NCBI GenBank assembly: GCA_950097015.1
Contig: CATNEN010000002.1
Location: 2,914,001-2,978,000 of the forward strand
DNA length: 64,000 nt
DNA from: Macrostomum hystrix
Taxonomy: Eukaryota; Animalia; Platyhelminthes
Reading direction: 5' to 3'
Below are positions 11,892 to 24,647 of this stretch, piece after piece; positions within the stretch are counted from its first letter, which is position 1; each line of letters starts with the position of its first letter. Under the pieces are notes generated by a model, which ran no database searches, had not been told where the DNA came from, and worked only from the letters and a program-made list of their open reading frames with translations. Position numbers and translations under genes: made by a program.

Positions 11892-13451
11892 TCACATGTC
11901 ACAGATGCCATCGCGGATCGCCTGGCGGCGAAAGGCGCGAAGATCTCTGGCAGAGAGGCCGTCGGCGGTGCCAGAAGCGCTCGAAGGCATGGAGTACAGC
12001 ATCGGCGGAGTAGTCTTAGAGGGTCTCGATGTGAAGAGCTCTTGTCGTGCAGCAGGTGACGAGCAGGGCCCAGCGCTTGGTGGAGAGTCGAAGCTTGCGG
12101 TCGTAGGTGAAGACGGGCCCGAGCTGGTCGACGAGCTCGGAGGCAAAGGGACCAGCTTCAGCATCGAGTCGCTCCTTGGGTAGCTGGCCATGTCCTGGTG
12201 GCCATGTCCATGTCCTGCACGGGTTGAGCCTTTGGCGAGGCGGCACTGGATGCATCTTGAGAGTGCTTCACGGACTGTCAGTAGGCCCTTCGGCACCCAG
12301 TATTTGTCGCGGAGCATTGCGAGGACGGTTGAGGCACCAGCGTGGCTGCTTTGACGGTGGAGGAGCAGGGCAAGCAGCCGGGTCAGGCAGTGGCCAGGTG
12401 GCAGCAGGAGCGGGTTCTTGGAGTCTTCGTCCATGGAAGCGTTGGCAAAGCGACTACCCAAGCGGATGAGGCCGTCACAGAGATGAAGGTCCAGCTGGGC
12501 AATGATCTTCTCGGATTTAGGTCGGCCGGACTCGAGGGCTCGGATGACAGCACCGTAGCACTCAGTCTGGGCTGATCGAATCCAAAGAAGCAAGGCCGCC
12601 TGACGCTCAGCATGGGAAGGCAGGAAGTCCTTCGAGAATGGCCGGCGCAGCATGAAGGCCTTCAGACGGAGGAAGTAGCAGGTGACACCAAGAATGCGTT
12701 CTAGCCGGTCGGAGCGTCTGAGGCTCAGGTGGCCAGGCGTCGTGTGGGTGGTGGATCCCGCAGCGAGTAGAGTGGCGACGGATGCTGTAGCCGTCTTACT
12801 GGTCGGAACGCCGTCCAGAAGACGAGGATCAGGCATTGCAGCGGTCCAGGAAGGCCACTCGGTGAATGGCTCCTTGAGGAAGGCAGGTCCCTCGTAGTAG
12901 TTGGACTGTTGCAGTTGAGCAAAGCTGAGCGGCTTTGTGCAGTGGTCGGCAGGGTTCGCGGCCGTGGGCACGTAGCGGTAGTCACGGGTGACGTCGGAGT
13001 CGAGGATCTGCTGAACGCGACGTGACTCGTAGGCACGGAGCTTTTTCCCGTTGGCAAGCCAGTAGAGCACGATCTGGCTGTCGATAAAATGAGTGACCCC
13101 TTCGAACTTAAGGTGGTTTCGCAGAGCATCGAGAATGAAAGATGCGGCGCGGGTGGCGATGAGGGCGGACCAGAGCTCGAGGCGTGGGACGGTGACGAGC
13201 AGGCCTTTCCTAACTGTCGGGGCAAGGCGGGTCTTGGCAAAGACGAGGCGGCAGGTGATGTTAGAGCCGATGCACTGCCAGATATAGATGGTGAACCCGT
13301 AGGCGCCTGGGGCACCGTCAGAAGACAACGAGGCGGACTGGTTGGTCAGCATCCTGGAGAGCGAAGCGTGGGACAGTGATCTCGTCGAGGCGGAGGAGGT
13401 CAGGCAAAAGTTTGGCCCATGCCGCACGGACCTCGGGACGGACGGCTTCAT
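11892..13451 (-). pseudogene. pol: BEL pol: Pao-type RNase H and truncated integrase
   Basis: LVFAKTRLAP...TVPRLELWSA, FIDSQIVLYW, YVPTAANPADHCTK, H-x3-SHAG...KYWVPKG...CIQCR. The integrase core is frameshifted and deleted after RALHIE. Confidence 0.92.
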
Positions 13452-13467
13452 CCCAGGAGCCTGAGGC

Positions 13468-15217
13468 TTAGAAGCTCTGGCGATAGGGAGGCGGGCGCCG
13501 AGGATGAGCGGAGTGGCGTAGCCAACCGGGTCGAAAGGGGTATAGACACCTGCAAAGAGTACGGCGGGTCAGCTCCTCGGGGCTCGGTAGGTTAGGCTTC
13601 TTGAGGGAGACGGCGTCGCGAACTGTGTCCCATCTGAGTCCTAGGAGGCCAACCGGGTTGTCGGCGAGGCGGTCCTCATCGGGGAGGTCAACAAGACAGC
13701 CGGGGATGTTGGTGGCGAACTCGCGGAGGTGGAAGCAAGCGCGATGGAAGAGCCCACGAAGGCGATGGACGAGGCGAGTCGCATCGTGTTCGGTGTCGGT
13801 GCCAACGAGATTGTCGACGTAGAGACCGCCTATGACGCGCTCGAGCTCAGTGCGGTAAAGGCCGGAGTCACCGGAGCTTAGAGCATCGTGGCAGATCTTG
13901 TGGAGGACTGCTAAAAGTATCCAGGGGCTGGGAGATGCCCCCATGACAATTCGAGTGAAGCGCCAGACCTCGTAATTGCCCTGAAGGAGCGGTTTGGTGA
14001 TGTCCTTTGGGAGGATGATGCGGAGGGCGTCGCGGTGTGGCTTGTGGACGCCGATCTGATAAAAGGCAGCCTTTAGATCAGATGAAATGGCAAAACGGTG
14101 GGAACGGTGCACTAGAAGAACCTGGAGCATGGAGGTCAGAATGTTGGGTCCGATGTCCAAGAGGTCATTAAGCGCAGTCCCAGCCAGAGAAGTCTTGGCG
14201 GAGGCGTCGACGACGGGGCGGATCTTGGTTGTGCTTGAGCTCTCCTTAAAGACCGGGAAATGTGGCAGGACATGGACGACTGGGCCGGCTGGCTGGTCGG
14301 TGGTAACGAGTTCTAGGACTCCTTCGTCTTTGCGTTTCTCAAATTCTGCGTAATAGGCCTCGCGTTCGGGAAGACTGAGACGGCGGTGAGTGGCTTGAGC
14401 GCGACCGAAGGCTTGGCCAAAATTGGAAGGCAGAAGCTCTGCACCAGGCTTGAACGGCAGGTCGACGAAGATGCGACCCTCCGGGTCGCGGCTGGCGGTG
14501 GCGAGGAGGCGTCGGGAGGCGTCGTCTTGCATGCAGGGCTTTCCGGCGTCTTTGTCGATGCCCAGAGCTTCGAGATTCGACATGCTGTCGAGTAGCTGTT
14601 CGAGACGGAGTCCGTTGTCGTTGAGATAGGTGTTAGCGACTAGTGCCTGAGACGAGCCTAGGAGGTCGTTGACGCGGCTGTTCGTTGTGCCTAGGGAGCC
14701 GTTGAGGATGGCACCGAATGGTGTCAGGTAGGCCGTGAGCGTTGGGCGCAGCGCCAGAGCAGGAACCGCGGGGCCGATGAGTAGTTGGTTGACGTCGCCG
14801 CCGAGGATGAGATCAAGAGAAACGTCCCTGTCGTGAGCGGGCGGTAGGTTGCAGACGCCGTTGGGTACGCTCTTGAGGGTGTTAATGACATCCTTTGAGA
14901 GGTTGACAGCAGGCATGTAGATTGGAGCTGCCAGCTGTTCGGAGGCGAGGACGGTGATTGGCCAGCGGCGGCCGTCTGGAGCCTGGAGGTCAAAATTCAC
15001 GAGATCCGCGGTGACATGGCGCCTGGATTCGGTGTGGAAGGTGGAGGTGGCGATCATGAGTTTCCTGGCAGCCTTGAGGCCAAGCTTGCGGGCGACGGCG
15101 CCGTCGAGGTGAGAATAGGAGCAGCCAGTGTCGATGAGGATGTTGCAGTCGATGGCGCAGCCGTCTTTAGGGTTGACGGCCTTCGCGCGGAGAGTGGCCA
15201 TGATGGTAGGAACGAAG
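13468..15217 (-). pseudogene. pol: BEL pol: aspartic protease and reverse transcriptase
   Basis: ILIDTGCSYS (protease), KIRPVVDAS, SDLKAAFYQI, GASPSPWIL, LYVDNL (RT). Confidence 0.94.
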
Positions 15218-15334
15218 CCCCCGACCGAAAATAAATGTCCCTTAAAAGCGTCAAATGGCACATACAAAATGAATTAGAGCGAAGCGCAAAATAACTGTCG
15301 AAACGTCCGGAAAATAGGCTTTTTCGACAATTGG

Positions 15335-15671
15335 TGGCACAGCGTGGCACAAATTTTACTGTGCCAAGCTGTGCCATATGGCCTAAGTGAGACAATTAGA
15401 AATCGATCATTTTAATTGTGCACTACTATGCCACAACTGTGTCAGTCGTCCTAGTTCGTTTTGAATACGTATAATTGCGCACAACTGTGCCAGAAATGTG
15501 CCATTTGGCGTAGATACACCTGACGAGTAAATGTGCTGTTTGAAGCAGTCAAACTGTGCCATTTGGTGTAGATACACCTGACGAGTAAATGTGCTGTTTG
15601 AAGCAGTCAAACTGTGCCATTTGGTGTAGATACACCTGACGAGTAAATGTGCTGTTTGAAGCAGTCAAACT
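15335..15671. repeat. Left subterminal repeats of the CMC element (TGTGCCA/TGGCACA motifs; 58-bp unit x3)
   Basis: Many TGTGCCA copies in both orientations; 58-bp tandem units at 15496, 15554 and 15612. Subterminal repeats are typical of CACTA/EnSpm elements. Confidence 0.88.
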
Positions 15672-16329
15672 AGGGGCGCAAATATGCCATTGATGCTGCT
15701 ATAGGTGACGCGTTAAAGTGCATGGAGTAGCCAGCATGTTGTGAAAAAGTACATGCTTAAAGGAGGGAACACAAATTGTAAAAGGTTGCCAATATAAATT
15801 AAACATTGAAACAATCGCGCGAAGGCGTACTTGAAATTAAAACGATCTGGAAAGTAATCCGGATGCTGCACATACATATATATTTGCTGGAAAATAGAAA
15901 AGAAGAATAGCGACGAAAAAATACGCAAGTATCAAAGCTATTATGACAGTAACTGCTATGGTTAGCAGCTAGTAGCGCAATAAATAGTGTGGAAAGCAGA
16001 TTATAAAATAAGAAAGAAAGCCAATTTAAACGAAAGAGGAAACAAAACCAATGGCGAAACCGAAAAAGCAAAAAGTTGAGGCTACGAAGCAAGCAAAAGT
16101 AAGAGCAAAACAGGTAAGTAACAAACAATGAAAAAGTGAAAAAAAACAGAAGCAGAACGTAGAACAAAACCCCTATACCGTTGTATTGCATGGCGTCATT
16201 GACGTCAGCCGACAGGTGATACCAGTGTGGCCTGACTCCTGGTGCTAGTCTAATTTACGATCCGGGAACTAACCATAATAGTGTAGTTGGTTGATTATGT
16301 GGGAAGGAGCAGATTTTCAGGGGAAAACC

Positions 16330-17709
16330 CTATAGAGGCATGGGGAAACAGGCCACGATCGGTCCCATATAGGCCAAACAAAGTTTTTTATGCTGGAAGC
16401 AACAGATCGGTCTTTCCTCGTGAGAGGCATTGGTCGCCTCCGACTGCACAGTGTCAGTGACACCGGCAGCCGCACCTTGTCGACGCTTCTTGACAGGCAA
16501 ACGTCCGGACCGCTTTTCACGTCGACTGACGGTGATGCAGCAACGGACGTAGGCCCTTTCGACAGCCTTCATACTGGTAGCGATGTCGATTCCAGTCAGA
16601 TAGTCGACAATGGCATTTAAGCGCCGCGTGTCCACTGGCAGGCGCGGCCGACCAGGCTCGGTAGCGCGACCACGCAACGACGTAACCAGCAGCTCGTCGT
16701 CGCTGAAACAACCGCGCACCATCTCGCGGACAAGCGCACTGAGGTTGGCCGGAGTCGCTGAAGCCTTGTAGACATTCACTCGCGCCGTGACCCTGGTCCG
16801 GGCGAGGTTCGACGTAAAGCCGACACCGACTGGCTGCAGAGGTGTGTTATATATAAAGATTGGAGAGCACATGAGTAACAATAAGATAGGGGCGCGATCA
16901 TAAATGACGGACTATTCAGGGCTTACCGTTGCATCAAGCGTTTCGGTGTCGTCGGCCAGCATGTCGTCAAGTGTGACGGCTGGGTCGACAAGCTGGTTGA
17001 GGTGGACGTCGAGGTGCTGCGTTAGCTGCTGCTTCAGTTGTTCTAATATGGCGGCAATCAAACGCGGTTGCGCCATTTTAGCGCGGCGGAACAGGTCAGT
17101 TCGCAAGTTGTCAATGACAACCTGACTGTCATCCGCCGAAATCGAAGCATCGGACGTCGCAGCCTCAGTACAAGTTGCACCGGATGTATGCGCAGCGCAC
17201 GGTTCCGTCACCGAAGCATGTGGTCCAGTCGCTTGCGTTAAAGCGAGAATGAGCTACTCGTTCTGTTGTGTCAATTGACGCAGTTGATCACGGGCGCGTT
17301 CAAGCCGCAACTCAAGCTCCTCTCGCTCGTGTTCGCTCTTTCGTAGTTCTTCCTCGATAGTTTTGTTGGCACCATCTCGCTTAGCCAGTGCGACAACATA
17401 AGACGCACACTGCGGACACGGTTTAGGCGTTGGTACCTTGGGTAAATGAGCACATGTGCGCTCATGTCTCTTGGCCTCGGCATACGACTGATATGGACCC
17501 TTCCGAATGTGAGCCTCATATCGCGTCCCGCGCAGTTTGTCGTCCGCCGTGACAACAAGAACGCGAGCACCGAGACTCGACTCCGCTGCAAATGGCGCCG
17601 GAGCCGGATCGACAATGCAGTCGTGGTCGACAGCCTGGTGGTTGCCCTTGGACACGAACTCGACAACCCAGAAGGTCTTTTTTGCCTTAGTGGTCTCGTC
17701 GGGTGCCAT
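16330..17709 (-). CDS. Spliced second gene of the CMC element: N-terminal domain, coiled coil, C-terminal BEN-like domain (one in-frame TAG at 17254)
   Basis: ORFs 17254-17709 and 16912-17211 are in frame across one stop. GT-AG intron 16926-16834 joins in phase to PVGVGF...LVREMVRGCFSDDELLVTSLRGR...LPVDTRRLNAIVDYL, a BEN-like pattern. Confidence 0.7.
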
Positions 17710-18285
17710 GTGAAATGCGCGTTGAATAGCTGAAATTGTTAATGTTCAGAGTCAGTAGTTGCATAAGTTGTCATCTATTCGTGATGAAACATGATCATTA
17801 CTGTAACTGAGTGGTAAAGCTCAGTAAAGTGACCAAAGTGACGAAAGGGTGATAGAAAACTGGTAAAGCTGTGGTACTGTGACGAAACATAAGCGATGCA
17901 CTCGCTTTCGGTTTATTGTACAGTTAAATGGAAGACATACAACGATGTCGACACGAAGGCCGTAAATAGACACATGACAACGCAAAACGGGTAGATACGA
18001 CTTCCAGTCCCAATTGCAATAGGTAACGAGAGACTGCATTCACGCATAGTTATTGAGGCGGCTCTGGCAAGCAAACTCGTTTCGTTGCTAGTTATGGCCA
18101 AAGACATTTGTCTTATATTTTTTTATACATGAAGCGCCTACGCTTCCAACCTCGCTATAAATTAAGCACGAAGACTAGAGGCAACGCCTTGAACCCACAC
18201 GCTCCGGACCGCCCATTTGCTTTGATAAATAAACACGCACGCTAACTTCACTGCAACTGCCTCCTTCAGCACAACAGCACAACAG

Positions 18286-20688
18286 TTATGAATATGAAAG
18301 TTGGGCACTCGGCAGTAGGCTGATGTGCGTGTCACTGACGACGCACGGTCCAGCAATAGAGGAGAAGCCAACAGAAGTCAACTCGCCATCAAACACATCG
18401 ATTGGACGGACAGATAGACGACGAACATGTGCAGCGCGACAGCACTCGTCAGTGCCGGAGTACGCGACTAAAGGTGACTCATTGGGCTCGATGACTGGCA
18501 CGATCCGACACTCAAAGGCCACACCCAGCGCTTCCGACGCGCTAATGGACTCGATTCTAGCGAACACGAATTTCTCCGGATCGTCGAAACACGAAGATGT
18601 TGACGTGCCGAGTCGCTGCTCGTCAAGTGTCCCGCACGGCTGAAGTACCATGCCACACGGCAGGATCACTCTTTTGTATAGTCCGGCACCTGCGTGATAG
18701 AATGGAATCACACGTAGACAGCCGACCGTCAAATGACGGTCGTTGTTGGCCAATTTTGAGAGGGTTGGCATGCGCCGTTGATGTCGCATCTCTCTGCGAC
18801 CAATGTCGAACTCGATCTGCATCACCAGCTACTTGTCGACCAGAGAGTTGCCGTGGACACGTGCGCGGGTTTTGCGATGTTCAGATTCGAACAATCCAGC
18901 AGACAACGAGGCAGTAGGACCCAATCGCAACACAGCAGCCGTCATATGACGACACACTGAGTGTGCGTTGTACGTCAGTGCTCGATTGGAATAGAGGACT
19001 CCGAGGTCGCGATAGAAATGGTCCAAGGTGACCTGAATCCGCGCCATGTAATTCCTGCTGGTGTTCTGGTAGCTGAGCCAGAAAAGAGCGGAGGACAACA
19101 ACAAAAAATGGTTGTAGTAGTCCCTGTGCAGCGGACCATCAGCCAGAACCATGGGGCCAAATGCAAACAACCAGCAAGCAAACTCGTGGCCGCGCATGAA
19201 CTTCAGTTCCCGTAGTGAACGGGGGTGTCGCCGTTGCACACTGCTTGGCATTGTAACACGCCGCAACCTGCCGTCAATGACGTCAATTGCATTGTGCAGA
19301 TTTGGCCTGGTCAAGCTTGGGTCCGGCTTCTCGTGTCCAATAAGAAACCACTGCGATAGTAACCAGCGTGCCAGTCCACTTAGTGCTTGGTGGAGGAAAC
19401 ATGGCGGGCAGTCGGCAATATAGTCGAACCCGATGACTCGACTGAATTCAGAGACGCCTTTAACACCGAACAGATGAAGGTCTCGCGGCGCCTTGATATT
19501 CGCCAGTGAAACCGTGTCCTCCAGATTTCGCAGTTCGACTTGACCCACATGATGGTCCAGCAATGCACGCACTGTTGTTTGGTCAATGGCGACTGGGTAG
19601 TATCTAGCGTTGCCTCGAACATTTGCCTGGCGCTTTGTTGCAATGTAGCACTTGTCACACCCGAATGTGCCATTGTACATTAACAGCTCCAGCGCTGCCT
19701 GACGCTGTGGTGCGTCCATGATGACACAGTGCACATGAAACCGCATGACAGAGTGCCGCCCCTCATTGACGTACGACACCCCATCAGTCCGAATTTTGTT
19801 CAATTGCAGCCGCAGTAGAGGAAGGTAGGCAGCCGTCGGCATCTTCGTCTTGCTACCCCATAGGCCACACACAACGAGGAAGCGGGACTTGTGTGTAGCG
19901 GACACTTCGTTGACGCTCAGGTAGATGGGACACATCTCATAGCGGGATGTCTTGTACATGGCGAACCCATCTATGTTTAGCGTGTAAGTTAGGTCCGCCC
20001 TGTCGTTCAGCCGGGTACCGCATGCGCGCTTGAATTCGGCGTACTTCTCGCTGTTAGTAAAGTGAATGGTGTCGGGTTCGGCAGTCATGTCCACCGGGAA
20101 GGTGACGTGCCGAAGGAACGAGCGACATTCGAGTGCGGACTGCAGTTGTCGACCGATGTCAAACTGCCAGTACCGGTTCAAGTTGATGTCAGCGAACGCT
20201 ATCCGACACTGTCGACAACCGTCTCGGGTCGCTTCGGCAGCTTCTGTGGCGGCCTTGCAGCTGCGACACACAACGTAACATTCTGTGTTGCATCCGGTAG
20301 TGTCAATGACATTATCCAGATAATACACAGAGCGTGGGAAGTGGCTCCCGACGGGCAACAGCTCGTCCAGTAGACGCAATAAACGGTCTGTTCCTTTGCG
20401 CGTCAATGACTCGGTCTCGGCAAACTCTGTTAGCAATAGCGCCGTCTCGATGTATGTTCGACGCGCACCTGGATAGATTGGCATGTCATTGATATGCTGT
20501 GGCATCGGTCGCGATGTGGTTGTAACTGTAGACCTCTCGGCTTGCTCAGGTGTCGGTGGATCAGCATTGTGACATTGGTCTCGATGCTTTCAATGTTGCC
20601 TCTGAATAATTTTGCGCACCGCATCTGGTACGACTTCTGTGTGGTTGACCTTTCGCACTTCATCTCGTAGCCTACGCGTAGGCGCCAT
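18286..20688 (-). pseudogene. CMC/EnSpm transposase (N-terminal stop near 20590, frameshift near 18830)
   Basis: LNIDGFAMYK..CPIYLSVNEV, VIMDAPQR..YNGTFGCDKC, FLHQALSGL, GHEFACW, YNAHSVCRH, GLFESEH: DDE motifs of the EnSpm-type transposase. Confidence 0.9.
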
Positions 20689-21089
20689 GTGTTGACTGGA
20701 ATGGGAATAACGAATACATTGTCATTTCCCGGAGTCCGTCCGTGTGAGATTGTTGAAATTGTTGTTTCTATTGTATAAACTTATATATAAACGTATATAA
20801 ACATTCTCGTGACTCGTGGGTACAGAGGGTAGACAGGCAGAACTGCTATGTCTGTGCCTACGGTCTAACTAACTCCGATCGCAACCGATCTTCGACATAC
20901 TACGAAAATTCGAGCCTTTCATATAAACGCCCCTATTACAACAGTACCGCCGGATACAACAGCAATACAAGAGATATTCTGTCAACATGTAACAGTGTAG
21001 GTTTGCACTCGTTCTGTCTTACATTCGTTCAGAAAATGCACATGACCATGTAACAGTCAACATGTAACAGTGTAGGTTTGCACATGAGT

Positions 21090-21899
21090 CTACATCAGCG
21101 AGTAATATTGCAACTCGATTGCTAGCACCGCTAGCACAATGCAGCGGTATGCGAGGCCCGCACGGAAACCGGTGTCAATGACGCCGGATATGCGGTTGCG
21201 GACACCGCCACCGCGCTTCTGCATTGACTTGTCTGCACGAGCGGCAGCCACAGAACTGCTTGCTTCCGCGAGCGCCTCCGCCAGCTCGGTTGGCAGGTTT
21301 GGAGGCTGCTCGTGCATAGTCAGGCGCCGCAGCTGTCCGCATGCCACCAGGTGATTGGCAGTCGAACGCACTGCGAAATCGAAGCAAGTAAAAGCGCAGC
21401 CAGCTTCGCGTTGCTGTTTTATAATCCGTATGAGCTGACTGTAACGCTCCCGCCACACGACGTTGTCTATCACGCTTACGGCGGGCGGCCTTACAAGGCA
21501 CTGATATGGCTCCTGTCGCCGGATGTGGACACACATAGCGGCGTGGTATGCATTCCGGACGTCAACCGGCGACGGACCATTGGCAGTTGCTGGCACTTCG
21601 TGCATGGGAGAATCACTGACTCTCCCATGAGACACTTCTACACCAGCCGCAATAGCGCTTTCTCGACCTGCGTCGACGATTTCGGTCCCAGGGCCGCCAG
21701 TGGCGACGATGGACGTTGCTGGCACTCCATGCACGGGCACGGCAGGTAGACGGCTTGTGAGGTGTCGCATCGCTGGATCGTGGTTTGCATTGTAATGCTC
21801 GTCACATAGCAACACGTACCTAGTGACGGTGCACGTGTGGCACAAAATAGTTGCCATTGTGTGGCACTTGCAGCACTGCATTGTTTTGTTGCACTGCAA
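21090..21899 (-). CDS. 269-aa ORF with an N-terminal B-box-like Cys/His cluster, inside the CMC element
   Basis: CCKC-x6-LCHTC-x7-LCDEH-x4-H-x5-H resembles a B-box zinc finger. The true start may lie in an upstream exon. Confidence 0.5.
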   Translation of the reverse strand: MQCNKTMQCCKCHTMATILCHTCTVTRYVLLCDEHYNANHDPAMRHLTSRLPAVPVHGVPATSIVATGGPGTEIVDAGRESAIAAGVEVSHGRVSDSPMHEVPATANGPSPVDVRNAYHAAMCVHIRRQEPYQCLVRPPAVSVIDNVVWRERYSQLIRIIKQQREAGCAFTCFDFAVRSTANHLVACGQLRRLTMHEQPPNLPTELAEALAEASSSVAAARADKSMQKRGGGVRNRISGVIDTGFRAGLAYRCIVLAVLAIELQYYSLM

Positions 21900-22359
21900 T
21901 AAATTGGATTAGTGTGGAGATATTCAATACGAATCATGTACTCCCTAAATAAAATATTTGTTCTGTCTGATTGTCTGATAAGGCAACGGTGATATAACCT
22001 TATTTAATCCCCAGCTTGGCCCAGCCAGTTGCCTATCTCCACAGTGTATTTTCATTTAACTGGCCTGAACCAGTCATTTAACGGCCTAGGCCGATTAAAT
22101 GTATAGTCTTCCTTTTCTTTCTTTTTCTTAATGATTTCTTAATGATTTGTCTATGGCAGTAACATGTGGGGGCTTCGCCCCCACACCCCCAGTGGGGGCA
22201 CTGCCCCCACACCCCCGACATTTCGTCTATAGCCAACTATTCAGCAAAAGAGCAAAAATAACAAGCCAAGGCCGAGATAGCTCGTACTGGCAAACAAACA
22301 GTCAATTATATATTTCGTACCAAAAATATAAGCTTTGTTTACTATGCCTGGTGGGCACA

Positions 22360-22712
22360 AAGAGGACAGACAAAGACAGTTATAACTGTGCCAAAGGGCA
22401 TATTTGTGGCACAACGGGCACATTTGTTACAAGTGCGCCAAGTACGTGCCAATTGGTTTTCGTGGTCAATTAGCAATAACAATATTAAATGTGCCAAGTG
22501 TGCCAAGAGGGACAGACAAAGACATTTACAACTGTGCAAAAGGGCATAGCTGTGGCACAACTGGCACATTTGTTACAAGTGTGCCAAGTGTGCCAATTGG
22601 TTTCAATGGGCAATTATCGTACAAAAGGTTATTTGTGCCACTTGTGCCAAACAGGACAGACGAAGACAGTTATAACTGTGGCAAAGGGCATATTTGTGGC
22701 ACAACTGGCACA
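22360..22712. repeat. Right subterminal repeats of the CMC element (TGTGCCA/TGGCACA)
   Basis: Same heptamer as the left end, more than 12 copies in both orientations, inside a duplicated ~150-bp block. Confidence 0.88.
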
Positions 22713-22751
22713 CTTACTGTTTTTGAGAGGACATTTATTTTCGGTCGGGCC

Positions 22752-24250
22752 TCCATCGGCTGCGGCAGAGACAAGGGAGTTGGCCTCCTTGGAGTCGGCA
22801 TCTCTAGCGGCGTTGAGGTGGGCGTTGTTACGAGGATTCGGTGAGCGATTTCCGGTGATGGTACTCTCGAATGTGGCCCCGTGGAGCGTGGTGTGGTGCG
22901 GGGCTTCGCACTCGCGGCAGCGTCGGTTGTCACGGCAGTCTTTAGTGTGGTGACGGCGGAGGCAGTTACGCAGAGGTTCTTCTGCCTGACGATCTTAAGG
23001 CGGTCGTCGGGCTTGCGAACCTTGTTGCAGGACATGGCAACGTGGTCGGAGCCGTCGCAGTAGAGACAGTTCTTGCTTGACCTCCAGTGTTGTGGACCGG
23101 TAATAGGAGTGGAAACTGCGGTAGGCCGTGGTGTAGTAGTAGTGCGATGAGCAGGTTCGGCACGTGGAACTGTTGTCGGCCGTCGTTCGCTGCGAGCAGG
23201 TGTCGGTCTGCAAGCAGTGTCGCCTAAAAGAGCTGCGGATGCGTATGGCACAGCCGGCACGGTGGCGGACGCAGCCCGGAGGGTCTTGCGCTTGCGGTCC
23301 AGATGATCCTGGAGCTCGGCCATGGTGGGTATGGTCGGCCATGAGAGGCTGTCAGTTGGAAGCGCGAACATTGCGGATCTCGCTCTGAAAGTCAGGCGGA
23401 AGTCGGCTCCAGAGGGCATAGACGTACCCGTTGAGTGTGCAATCAAGCTCTCCAAGGCGGAGAAGTTGGCCGGTGGCCAGGCGAAGGGCATCTGCAAACT
23501 CCTCGAGCTCCTCAAGGTCGGAAGCGGAGCTGCAGTGAAGGGCGAGAAGGCGCTGGAATGCGGCGTTCTTTTGTTCTTGTGTGTCGGCGTAGTTGGCTTT
23601 GAGCACGCGGCATGCCTCGGCGTAGGCGTTCGGTTGGCAGGCATCGAGGGCGCCCAGTTTCCTTAAGGCGGAGCCGGAGAGGAGACCTCGGAGTGCCTCG
23701 AACTTGTCAACTCGTTAAGGCTGGAGCGGTCGACGCGGTAGAGGAAGGTGTCCCAGAAGCTCGGAAATGCAGCTGGATCCGCACCGTCAAAGGTTGGGAG
23801 TTGGACGCTCTTGAGGATCGTAGAGCGGATGAGCCCAGCTGGATCTCCAGCTTGTGAGGTGGGCGGTGCAGCAGGCTCCGCTGTTGCGGTAGGATGGACT
23901 GCGGCAGCGAGCTGTTGTATTAGCTGTTGGTTCTGCTGCATCATCGCGGTCATAGAGGCGATCAATGCGTTGACATCGATGCCAGGAGTTGTCGGGCTGA
24001 GAGTGGCAGCAGTGACCGGCGCAGTAGGAGTAGCAGCCAGTTGTTGTGGGTACCCAGTCGGTCCCGGCGAGGTCGTAGCGGTCGTTAAAGTTGGCGTTAA
24101 AGAAGCAACGGGACCAGTGGGGGCTCCAGAACTAGTGCCAGCGGTGGCAGCAACAGCGGTCGGAGTGGGCGGCATGGTATGCGCCAGAGCAGTGGCGGTT
24201 GCAGAAGTGGAGGTGGTGTCGCCGGCATCCATCGAGCGCGTGATAACCAT
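22752..24250 (-). pseudogene. gag: BEL gag (DUF1759-like domain and Cys/His knuckles), frameshifted
   Basis: LPTFDGADPAAFPSFWDTF...KFEALRGLLSGSA (after a frameshift near 23710), CLYCDGSDHVAMSC, and C-x-NCLRRHHTKDC...CRECEAPHHTTLH after a second frameshift. Confidence 0.9.
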
Positions 24251-24273
24251 GAATTATTTGAAGAGTTGTGAAC

Positions 24274-24285
24274 GCTCTGCTACCA
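24274..24285 (-). other. Primer-binding site of the BEL element, complementary to initiator tRNA-Met 3' end
   Basis: TGGTAGCAGAGC, 4 nt inside the 5' LTR; metazoan tRNAi-Met ends ...CUCUGCUACCA. Confidence 0.8.
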
Positions 24286-24289
24286 AATT

Positions 24290-24647
24290 TGTCGCTTGGA
24301 CAACAAACTAATTAGCAGTTTGGATAGAGTTTATTTAGTGGCAGTGGAAGCAAAAGGTGAGGCAGATAGAAAGGAACATGGACACGCTTGAGGGCACGCT
24401 TACACGCTAAGAGAACCTGTAACGGAGAGGTGGTCTTGTACATAGATATAAAAGTGGTAAACGCAAATGGATGAGGTCACAGACAATAAATAAGGTTAGC
24501 TGCAACTAATGTGTTAAGGGGACTAAAAGTACATGAAAACGTAAGACGAAGGCAAAGGCCCAAAAGAGGCGAAGAATTGGAGGATTATAATCCGACAGGT
24601 TCGGGGGGGGCACGAATGACACAAACATTGGAAGATGAATTCTGACA
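24290..24647 (-). repeat. BEL 5' LTR (358 bp)
   Basis: Near-identical to 11372-11730. Confidence 0.96.

Larger units (their letters stand above)
15220..22749 (-). mobile_element. CMC/EnSpm (CACTA-like) DNA transposon, 7530 bp, 21-bp TIRs, 2-bp TSD CC
   Basis: TIR CCCGACCGAAAATAAATGTCC at 15220-15240 and its reverse complement at 22729-22749. CC flanks both sides. Removing the element and one TSD restores the BEL frame ...SAAADGGFVPTIMATL... Confidence 0.95.
11372..24647 (-). mobile_element. BEL/Pao LTR retrotransposon (13.3 kb including a nested 7.5-kb DNA transposon), 5-bp TSD GCAGG
   Basis: Paired TG...CA LTRs. GCAGG at 11367-11371 and 24648-24652. Domain order gag(DUF1759-like)-PR-RT-RH-IN. 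Confidence 0.96.

Noticed and set aside
22165-22215. G/C-run hairpin GGGGGCTTCGCCCCCACACCCCC as a separate MITE
   Set aside because: No TIR pair or TSD found; treated as part of the CMC element's right arm.
24274-24285. tRNA genes at tRNA-complementary sites (also 57392 and 63892)
   Set aside because: Only 12-14 nt complementary to tRNA 3' ends next to LTRs; these are PBSs, with no cloverleaf.
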